DNA of 37,161 nucleotides, taken from the IMG/VR virus record IMGVR_UViG_3300042297_000348, positions 1 through 37,161 of that record; one strand, written 5' to 3'. Source of the stretch: a virus (Duplodnaviria > Caudoviricetes). The notes under the pieces were generated by a model that was not told the DNA's origin, made no database searches, and saw nothing but the letters and a program-made list of their open reading frames with translations. Shown here one piece after another: positions 27,005-34,543 of the stretch. Within the stretch, counting starts at the first letter, position 1; each line of letters starts with the position of its first letter. The translations under genes and the position numbers were made by a program.

Positions 27005-30000
27005 ATGGCTACATTTAGTCTAATCAATGCGGCTAATGTTGATTCTTCGGTTCCTGCTCCGAATAATCAAACTCCGCTTCCTGCACAAACTGGTGCCAAA
27101 TTTTCTTTATCTAACGCTAGTAACGTAGATAAGCCATCATCTGCATTAGATATTCTTGATTCCAAACTACGGCAATCGGAAGCCAAGTTGTTTTCTGCTG
27201 ATACTCCCGACGCCGACAAGGAATTGGCGCGCAAGGAATGGACTGACACCTACGTTCAGCGCATGAAGAAATATAGCCCAATTGAGCGGGCTGGTCAGTA
27301 CGTTCCATCCGTTGGTGAAATGGTTAAGGGAACAGGTAAGGCTTTGTCCGGTGCTCAACAAGTGGTTGAAAAAGCACTTCCTGAGTACATGGAAAACCCT
27401 GTTAAAGCAGCTATTGCTGGCATGGCTCAAGTACCTCGCGTTCTAGCTGAGACTGGTCGTGCTGCCCTTAATCTTGGTGCCAACATTGGCGAAGAAGCCG
27501 TTTCCGGCATTGCCAAAGCTACTGGGGATGACGCATTGCTGCGTAATTCGGCAGAAGAAGCATTGGACCGTCTTGAGCTTAACAAGAAATTTCAGGATGT
27601 AGCCCAAAAGTACACGGAAAAGACTTATGGTGCAGAAAAGCCATCCGCTGCAAAAATAGGCGAATTCGTCGGAGGGGTTATGTTGCCCCTTGGTGGCGGC
27701 GGAAAGGCCGTAAAAGCCCTAGAAACGGCATCAGAGATGGGCGGCAAGGCTGCGCTTGCAACCGCTAAAGCTGGAACAACCGTAGCCAAGAAAGGACTTC
27801 AATTTGCTTCTAAACTTGGCGAATCTTTTATTCCTAAAGCCGTTGAAACAAAGTTCGTGTCTGCAATCAATGATTTTATTCAAGAGGGTGCTCAACCATT
27901 GCTGGAAAAGCGAATTCTTAAACTGCAAAGTCAGCTCGCTAAAGATATTGAGGATATTCCTGCCCTTAGGTTAACCGAAGAGCAAGGCTTGGACCGTGTT
28001 AATGCCCTTACGGACAAAATTGCCACATCACAAAATTGGTTACAGAACTACATTTCGCTCAGTAATTTTACTAAAAACGCATCTGCTGATGCAATCAAAG
28101 GAATCACCTCAACCCTTACGGCTGCTGGTTTAGGCGGGGCGCTTGGTGGTAGCCTTGCAGCGGCAACTAGCGATAAACCCGGCGATAAAGAAGCTGCTTT
28201 GGCTGGTTTTGGTGTTGGTGCTGCTACTGGTGGCGTAGCCAAAGGACTTCCAGAGGTTTTAAGCGCGGCCAAGGGTGGAGCCGAAGCACTAAATTCGCTT
28301 GGCCAAAAACTTAGAGGTGCTGTATCCACACGTTTATTTCAGCCCGGAGAAAGCATTAACGTATCTAGTCTTTATACCGATGCTGCTGACATAATTGCGG
28401 GTAAAAAACAAGCACCCGTGCCTGAAATCAAACCGGGTGAAGTTTCTTTTGTTGCCGATTCCGGCAAGAACATCATGAGTAAGGCTCCAACCATGGACCA
28501 AGTGACCGATCTGGTTGCTGACGCCAAACGGATTGGTAGCACAAGTGCTGTTATTGACCCCAAATTGAATCGTTTTGACCCGCGCTATGTTAGCTTAACG
28601 GCGGCGTCAGGTCGCGTGATGGGTGAAATCCCTAGGGAAGCCCGTGGTGCTCGTCCGCTTGAGGCATTTGCTGCGCGTCAGCAAAATGTTGAGCGTTCGC
28701 CAACCGATAGGGTTCTCAGTTACTCTTACCATCCTGAACACGGGATGATTTACGCTGAATTTGTTCCAACGGTTTACGATAACATTGGCTCAAGCCGTGG
28801 CATATCTCATTACGTTTACGATCAAATCACTCCAGAGATGGGGGCTAAACTTGAAGCTGCTCCCGACAAAGCTGCCTTCATTAAAAGCGACCTTGAAACC
28901 AACCCTAGTGTTCGCGCTATCGGCATAGCTAACAACACTGCTGAATTACAGAAAGCGGTTGAGCTACATCGTTCCGGTAAACTTAATTTAGGACCCGCAG
29001 GGGAAATGCCTCCCGCTCCAGAAACAACTCCAAAGGCGGCTACAGCAACTAAGGCTGCTACAGAATCGTCTGTTCAATCTTCGGTAGCTACTGCTGCTCG
29101 TCAGACCAAGAAAGAGATTGGCGGGATGTTCAAAGAGGCTGAATCCAAGATTAAAGAATCTTTGCCTAAGACACGCGAAGACTTGATGGTTGAATTGCGC
29201 GGCATGAATGAGCGCATGGAGCGTCAACGTGACATTGATATTGAGAATGAGTCGATTGCTGCTGGTAAAAAGCAGAAAGCCGATGAAGCTGCTGCCGCTA
29301 AAGAACAAGCTGCGGCTGCTGAAAAACAAGCTGTTGATGAAGCTGCTGCAACGGTTGAAAAAGCAAAGCTGAGTTCTATCGAGAAACAGAACCAAAGCAT
29401 CATTGATCAGATTGTGGAGAAAGAGGGCGTTGATTACCAAAATGTAATTAATCTCCGTAAGAACAAAACCGATCAAGAATGGAATCAATATCTCTCGGAG
29501 CGTCTTGGACAAGCTGATGTGGTAGCTACGCGCAAAGCCATGCTTGGTGAGGAAAAGGCCGCAAAGTCTCAAACCACTCCTTCATTCACTACCGAAGAGT
29601 TTAATAAGCGTAAGGTCAATGCTCTGAATGAATTTAAGGAGCGCAACATTCCGCTTAACAGTGATACCGAAATTGCTGCGCGTGTGCTTGCTGGAACCAA
29701 AGACCCAAGGGAATACAACCTTATCCTCAAAAACGTCACTGATTTGTTTGTGGCCAAACCGGATAAGCCAACAAAACCCGCTTCGCTCAAGAGCTTTCAA
29801 GAACTAGAGTCTCCAAAATCAGGTGAAATGCCTCCAGAGGCTCCACCTACAGCTCCAGCTCCCGTAACGCCACCACCAGAACCCCCTGCGGCTGGTCCTA
29901 GTGCTGCGGCGGCTCCTGCTCCTGCCGAAATCCCAGTTGTCAGCAATCCCGAAGTTACGGTTACTAAGACCAAGAACAAAATCACGCTGAAACCCAGCGA

Positions 30001-30439
30001 GAAACTTGATTCCGAAGTGTCTCAATTGGCTTCAAAGAAACAGATGGCTGCTCAAAAGGATTACCTTACGCAGAATCTTACAGAACTGGAGAAAGCCGCT
30101 CCTGATGTTCCTGAACTTAAGACCGCAAAAGACAAGGAAGCCTATGCTCGCGCATTACAGGACAAGGAATACTATTCCAAGGGCAGCGGTCGTTCTTACA
30201 CAAACAAGGTAAAAGACGCTGAAAGGATTCTGTCATCATTTAATGATGAAGCCCCAAAGGTTACGATTAAGGTTCCCGGCGACGGTCAGTACACGATTGT
30301 TAACACCAAGGCTTCGTTGGCCTCATTCCGTGATAAAATTGAAAGCAAATTTGGCACAGGGTTGACCGTCAGCAAACCCGCCAATAAGAAGATACCAAAG
30401 ATGACCGAGGCTGAACGCGCCGAATGGCAGGAAAAGTGA
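27005..30439 (+). CDS. large putative internal virion/ejection protein with embedded KTSC-like domain
   Basis: 1144 aa, Ala/Gly-rich membrane-like helices (AAGLGGALGG, GFGVGAATGG), coiled coils, and a KTSC-like segment at about 28697-28915. Confidence 0.65.
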   Translation: MATFSLINAANVDSSVPAPNNQTPLPAQTGAKFSLSNASNVDKPSSALDILDSKLRQSEAKLFSADTPDADKELARKEWTDTYVQRMKKYSPIERAGQYVPSVGEMVKGTGKALSGAQQVVEKALPEYMENPVKAAIAGMAQVPRVLAETGRAALNLGANIGEEAVSGIAKATGDDALLRNSAEEALDRLELNKKFQDVAQKYTEKTYGAEKPSAAKIGEFVGGVMLPLGGGGKAVKALETASEMGGKAALATAKAGTTVAKKGLQFASKLGESFIPKAVETKFVSAINDFIQEGAQPLLEKRILKLQSQLAKDIEDIPALRLTEEQGLDRVNALTDKIATSQNWLQNYISLSNFTKNASADAIKGITSTLTAAGLGGALGGSLAAATSDKPGDKEAALAGFGVGAATGGVAKGLPEVLSAAKGGAEALNSLGQKLRGAVSTRLFQPGESINVSSLYTDAADIIAGKKQAPVPEIKPGEVSFVADSGKNIMSKAPTMDQVTDLVADAKRIGSTSAVIDPKLNRFDPRYVSLTAASGRVMGEIPREARGARPLEAFAARQQNVERSPTDRVLSYSYHPEHGMIYAEFVPTVYDNIGSSRGISHYVYDQITPEMGAKLEAAPDKAAFIKSDLETNPSVRAIGIANNTAELQKAVELHRSGKLNLGPAGEMPPAPETTPKAATATKAATESSVQSSVATAARQTKKEIGGMFKEAESKIKESLPKTREDLMVELRGMNERMERQRDIDIENESIAAGKKQKADEAAAAKEQAAAAEKQAVDEAAATVEKAKLSSIEKQNQSIIDQIVEKEGVDYQNVINLRKNKTDQEWNQYLSERLGQADVVATRKAMLGEEKAAKSQTTPSFTTEEFNKRKVNALNEFKERNIPLNSDTEIAARVLAGTKDPREYNLILKNVTDLFVAKPDKPTKPASLKSFQELESPKSGEMPPEAPPTAPAPVTPPPEPPAAGPSAAAAPAPAEIPVVSNPEVTVTKTKNKITLKPSEKLDSEVSQLASKKQMAAQKDYLTQNLTELEKAAPDVPELKTAKDKEAYARALQDKEYYSKGSGRSYTNKVKDAERILSSFNDEAPKVTIKVPGDGQYTIVNTKASLASFRDKIESKFGTGLTVSKPANKKIPKMTEAERAEWQEK

Positions 30440-30643
30440 TTACCTGACCTTGCTGGTGCTGTAACGACCTTTGATGTTGCTGGCGTAGTATGACCCAATG
30501 CTGCCAGCTTTGATTAAGCGTTCGTAAACGCCTTTGGGCACGTTAAACAGCGCATAGGTACTGCCATTGTTGAACGTAACCGACATTGTTTCGGACTGTT
30601 CATCGTATTCCACTTCTTCAATGTTGCTGCTGCTGACTTTCAT
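30440..30643 (-). CDS. KTSC domain protein
   Basis: VSSSNI..VEYD.....MSVTFNNGSTY..FNVP..VY..L..AGSIGSYY..NIKGRY is the KTSC consensus. Start ATG 30643. Confidence 0.92.
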   Translation of the reverse strand: MKVSSSNIEEVEYDEQSETMSVTFNNGSTYALFNVPKGVYERLIKAGSIGSYYASNIKGRYSTSKVR

Positions 30644-30685
30644 GCTTGTATTAAGCACGAATTCTGTTCTAGGTTCAAGGCGAAA

Positions 30686-30943
30686 ATGACAGTCACTCAT
30701 GAGTTCACAAACCCGATATGGGTTCAGACGCCATTAGGCGAAGGAAGGGCAATTCTCATGATTGATTACGGCATCGACCATAATCCGATATTCTTGGTCC
30801 ATCTTAACACTGGTAAATTCAAGTGCTTTGACAGCAATGAAACCATGGGCTGCGAGAACCTGACCTGCGGGATTACTCGACCCAATTATCCTAACGAAGG
30901 TAAGAAAATCAAATGGAACCCTGTAACTACGAAAGAATCCTAG
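30686..30943 (+). CDS. hypothetical phage protein
   Basis: PIWVQTPLGEGRAILMIDYG beta-rich small domain, first gene of the MTase/GT unit. Confidence 0.7.
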   Translation: MTVTHEFTNPIWVQTPLGEGRAILMIDYGIDHNPIFLVHLNTGKFKCFDSNETMGCENLTCGITRPNYPNEGKKIKWNPVTTKES

Positions 30944-31449
30944 ACGAAGAAACGCCACAAGCTAAACGCATAGCTGAGTACCTGAAAGGCTATGGAGTTG
31001 AGCAAGTGCTTGATGTGGGCTGCGGTCCCGGCAATTACGTAGCCGCGCTCAATGATGTTGGCATTAGCGCCAAGGGCGTGGATGTTGATCGTCGCTGCTT
31101 GCAGACTCCCGAATGCCACGTTACGGACATTATTTGGGATGAACCCAAGTTTACCGCTCCCGTAGTGCTATCACTTGAGGTAGGGGAACACATCCCTGCG
31201 GATTACTCATGGCATTACATACGGTACATCGTTAAGTGCAACCCATCCATGGTCGTATTCTCGGCGGCTCAAATCGGGCAGGGTGGAGATGGGCATATTA
31301 ACTGCCAACCCAAGCATTACTGGTGCTCACGCTTTGAATGGCTGGGCTACAAGTACGACAATATCGCTACCACTGACTTCCTTAACTTTATGCGTAACGG
31401 CTACCACATGGGTTGGCTGGCTAACAACGCGATGATTTTCCACAAATGA
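30913..31449 (+). CDS. class I SAM-dependent methyltransferase
   Basis: VLDVGCGPG motif I, GVDVD, SLEVGEHI and FSAA..GQGG.GHIN. No DPPY/NPPY/PC motif of DNA methyltransferases. Confidence 0.9.
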   Translation: MEPCNYERILDEETPQAKRIAEYLKGYGVEQVLDVGCGPGNYVAALNDVGISAKGVDVDRRCLQTPECHVTDIIWDEPKFTAPVVLSLEVGEHIPADYSWHYIRYIVKCNPSMVVFSAAQIGQGGDGHINCQPKHYWCSRFEWLGYKYDNIATTDFLNFMRNGYHMGWLANNAMIFHK

Positions 31450-32624
31450 AGAAACCACGTATCCACATCCTCGGCCTGTTCCATACCGTTCCCAATGTTG
31501 CCTATCAGCATTGTGCGTTCACTCAAAAAGCATTCCGCATCCCCAAGATGATGCAGCCATTCGGCTATGAGTGCGTTGAGTATTCTAACGGCGATTCACA
31601 GACCACCGCTGACGTTAAGGTTCAAATGCTCACAGAGGATGAGCTGAACATGTTTGCTGGAAAGCATGAGAAGACCGCATTCCATGGCAATACAGCGGTT
31701 ATTGGCTCACCACACTGGATTGAGTTCGATAAACGCCTGAAAGCCGCCCTGCCTAAGTACGTCAATGACGGAGACATTATCTGCCATCCCTTTGGGCGTG
31801 CTCATGCGGACCTTGTGAAGATGTTCCCGCAACAACACCACGTTGAAACGGGCATTGGTTATCCTGATAATGACTTTGGTGCCTACCGCATCTTTGAATC
31901 CTACGCTTGGATGCACTACCACCTTGGGAAGACCCTGCACTTTGACGGCAATGGTCGCATTGCTTACAATCAGGACAATCTACCTGTGGTTGGAACGGGT
32001 GGTAAGGATTACTGCTGGATTGTGCCCAATTACTTTGATTTGGATGATTGGGATTACCAACCTGAACCCGGCAAATATTTCCTCTACTACGGCAGAATTT
32101 GCCCTGAAAAGGGTCTGGATGTGGTTAAGGCCATTGCTGAGTGCATTGATGAGGAAATCATCCTTGCTGGCCAAGGCGACCCCAAGCCATGGGCGCATAA
32201 GAACCTCAAGTATATCGGTCCAGTGACCGGAAAGGCCCGTTCTGAGCTATTAGGCAATGCTAAGGCCCTTCTGATGCCAACCCGCTACATTGAACCGTTT
32301 GGTGGCGCTGGCGTTGAAGGACAGCTATGCGGTACACCCCTGATTGCTACAGATTACGGCTGCTTTGCGGAAACCTTGGTCCATGGTCAAACGGGATACC
32401 GTTGCCATACCCTTGGCGATTGGCTGGATGCCCTTAAAAAGGTCAATGCGGGCGATTTAAGCCGTTCTTTCACCAGTATCAGGGCCAGACAGCTCTATTC
32501 GCTAGAAACGTGTGCAAAGCGTTACGATGCCATCTTCCAACAGATTGCTGACCTACGCCGCCCATCCAATGACCCTGAGGGCAGCGGTTGGTATCACCGG
32601 AAGGGCCACATGGTTCACGTTTAA
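31446..32624 (+). CDS. GT-B fold (GT4-like) glycosyltransferase
   Basis: YYGRICPEKG, LAGQG, EPFGGAGVE (E-x7-E), GTPLIATD.G and HGQTG motifs. Confidence 0.92.
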   Translation: MKKPRIHILGLFHTVPNVAYQHCAFTQKAFRIPKMMQPFGYECVEYSNGDSQTTADVKVQMLTEDELNMFAGKHEKTAFHGNTAVIGSPHWIEFDKRLKAALPKYVNDGDIICHPFGRAHADLVKMFPQQHHVETGIGYPDNDFGAYRIFESYAWMHYHLGKTLHFDGNGRIAYNQDNLPVVGTGGKDYCWIVPNYFDLDDWDYQPEPGKYFLYYGRICPEKGLDVVKAIAECIDEEIILAGQGDPKPWAHKNLKYIGPVTGKARSELLGNAKALLMPTRYIEPFGGAGVEGQLCGTPLIATDYGCFAETLVHGQTGYRCHTLGDWLDALKKVNAGDLSRSFTSIRARQLYSLETCAKRYDAIFQQIADLRRPSNDPEGSGWYHRKGHMVHV

Positions 32625-32651
32625 TCAATAAGATTGTTTTACTTGGACAGT

Positions 32652-32682
32652 AAAAAGGGCCTACCCAGTAAAAGGTAGGCCC
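32652..32682 (-). terminator. Rho-independent terminator after the capsid gene (possibly bidirectional)
   Basis: Perfect 9-bp stem GGGCCTACC (32657-65)/GGTAGGCCC (32674-82), 8-nt loop, followed by T5 on the minus strand. Confidence 0.85.
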
Positions 32683-32708
32683 AATTTATTGGCTAACTAA
32701 TCAGTTGA

Positions 32709-33965
32709 TTAGACGCCAGAGACGCCAGAGCAAGAAGCTGGGGCATCGTCAACATTGCACCGTTTGTAAACGATGGGGAGCACGAACCAAGGATAGATCG
32801 GGCGGAAAGCACGACCGATTTGGAACGCGAGCACACCGTAGTTACGGAAGAAGTTTTGCACCATGTCAGGGTAAGCCCCGAAGATGACTTCTCCACCGAA
32901 CATTTGCTGCGCCCATTTCACACGGCCTTCGCCAACCCATTTAGCGGGAACCTGACGCTCGAAAGAGTTACGAGCAAACAGGAAGCCGACTTCGTGAGAA
33001 GCGACCAGCCAGCCGGGGTTAACAACTTCGATATTGCCAGTCGTGCCAGCAACTTGGACGTATGGCTCAACCGCAACATACGTGGAACCAGTCCAGTTGT
33101 AGCGGAGGGGGCGTTGGTCCTCACCGAAGTCGATACCACGGAACATGGGCTTGAACAGGTAGCCCGTCATTCCCTTCATCGCCTCTTTGTCACCAGCAAT
33201 GCTGTTGGCAGCGAGAGGTCCGATTGGGTATTGGACGTATCCACCGGGGCCAGCCGCACCACCGAGGTCCTGACGAAGGGCCTCAAGAATGTCAGCGGAA
33301 CCAATGAAACGAACGTGCGCGTTTTCGCCCTCGCCAAACTTCCAAGCAAGGAGGTCTTGCGTGAGGTAACGAGCGTAGTGATGGAGGAGCTGGAAGCTCA
33401 GACGGGTATCCGAATAGGTATTCGGGAGTGGGGTGTCGATTTGTTGCTGACCACCGCTGATCGTGGAGTAGAAGCTGGCGCTCGATTGAACAACAGCTTT
33501 AACACCGGAACGGGTGAAGATTTCAGCACGGGTATCGGCATTGATGAGTTCCGTGGAGTATTGCTGCACAGCTTGGAGCTGCGAAGTAAGGGACTCTTTG
33601 AACGCATTGTAAGCGACGTTGAGGGCAATAACATCCGAGAAATCTTGGTAGATTTTCGCTTGGTATTGATAGCTCGACGTACCGCTCTTGCTGTTACCAG
33701 CATTGGGTCCGATAGCAGTGACACTGCCCATCGTGTTAAACGTCGGGAAGGTCATGGAAGTACCGGGGACGGTACGACCTTGAACCACGCTGACGTGGAT
33801 GGGGGACACTTGGGCCTCAAAGGTCTTCTGTGGAAGAACCGAGAGGTAAGGAACATTAGCGGCCAAAGCAGCGCCAATGGGAGCGATGATGCGAGTTGGG
33901 TCCGCAGCGAAGATTTGGGTCGCTGTCGGAAGATCGACGTAAGCAGGAGTAGGAGTGATAGGCAT
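32709..33965 (-). CDS. probable major capsid protein
   Basis: 418 aa with HK97-like order (N-arm, beta E-loop, long helix SLTSQLQAVQQYSTELINAD, beta-rich C-terminus). Strong codon bias, dedicated promoter and terminator, and no other capsid candidate in the window. Confidence 0.7.
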   Translation of the reverse strand: MPITPTPAYVDLPTATQIFAADPTRIIAPIGAALAANVPYLSVLPQKTFEAQVSPIHVSVVQGRTVPGTSMTFPTFNTMGSVTAIGPNAGNSKSGTSSYQYQAKIYQDFSDVIALNVAYNAFKESLTSQLQAVQQYSTELINADTRAEIFTRSGVKAVVQSSASFYSTISGGQQQIDTPLPNTYSDTRLSFQLLHHYARYLTQDLLAWKFGEGENAHVRFIGSADILEALRQDLGGAAGPGGYVQYPIGPLAANSIAGDKEAMKGMTGYLFKPMFRGIDFGEDQRPLRYNWTGSTYVAVEPYVQVAGTTGNIEVVNPGWLVASHEVGFLFARNSFERQVPAKWVGEGRVKWAQQMFGGEVIFGAYPDMVQNFFRNYGVLAFQIGRAFRPIYPWFVLPIVYKRCNVDDAPASCSGVSGV

Positions 33966-34110
33966 GATAATACTGTGTGAGTGTTTTTTCTATAATGGAT
34001 TTGCAGCCATTAATACTGCCATTCGGTGGGTAGTTCCAAATGACCTAGACCCGTTTGCTCACAGCGGGTATGCCAATTAAGGCGAGCCGACTTTGCAGTT
34101 AGACCCCTGA
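33966..34110 (-). ncRNA. candidate structured 5' leader of the capsid gene
   Basis: By-eye pairings: UCGG/CCGA encloses GCC/GGC, ACCCG/CGGGU and UAG.UC/GA.CUA hairpins, then GCAGU/GCUGC. Not folded computationally. Confidence 0.4.
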
Positions 34111-34116
34111 TGCTGA

Positions 34117-34146
34117 AATGTAGCAAATAATCTTTAGGCTTGTCAA
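34117..34146 (-). promoter_or_regulatory. strong sigma70-type promoter for the capsid gene
   Basis: TTGACA(34146-41)-N18-TACATT(34122-17) with TGC extended -10. Confidence 0.7.
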
Positions 34147-34189
34147 TTAATCATTTAGTGTCCTATAACCATTTCTAATGACCTAACTC

Positions 34190-34525
34190 ATGAAAATCGG
34201 CTATCACATAGATTCAAATCGCAAGTGTCGTTTTTCGATGGATTACGTCACGCCCGGCTATCAAGGACTTGCGTGGGCCGTTTTGCTCAAGGCCCTAGAG
34301 GATGGTTGTTCGCAGGATTGGATTGAGGATATTGTTGAGTTCTACGATATTAACATCAGCAAGGACATGCTCAAGCGACTACCTGCAAATAAAATTAAGT
34401 TCAACAATGGAACCAATGAAATGATGGGAGTTCATTTCGAGCCTAAGGGGAAACTTAAACCTCTGCTATCTATGCAGGATGGATTGCACCTCAAAGGACT
34501 TGAGAATGTTGCCTCTGGAGATTAA
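34190..34525 (+). CDS. hypothetical protein
   Basis: 111-aa ORF filling the gap. The true start may be the internal ATG (MDYVTP) at 34238. Confidence 0.55.
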   Translation: MKIGYHIDSNRKCRFSMDYVTPGYQGLAWAVLLKALEDGCSQDWIEDIVEFYDINISKDMLKRLPANKIKFNNGTNEMMGVHFEPKGKLKPLLSMQDGLHLKGLENVASGD

Positions 34526-34537
34526 AGATGCTACCTT
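34509..34537 (+). promoter_or_regulatory. leaderless sigma70-type promoter
   Basis: TTGCCT-N17-TACCTT with TGC extended -10, then 6 nt to ATG 34544. Confidence 0.65.
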
Positions 34538-34543
34538 TCACTT

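Noticed and set aside
30913-31449. DNA methyltransferase / restriction-modification interpretation
   Set aside because: Lacks DPPY/NPPY/PC catalytic motifs, is short, and is coupled to a glycosyltransferase gene.
32820-33980. 386-aa plus-strand ORF antisense to the capsid gene
   Set aside because: In-register shadow ORF expected from strong codon bias. TTG start and no recognisable motifs, while the promoter and terminator favour the minus strand.
34050-34120. Hammerhead-like fragments (CUGUGAG; CUGAUGCUGAAA) near the capsid leader
   Set aside because: They do not match the CUGANGA...GAAA core with the required stems.
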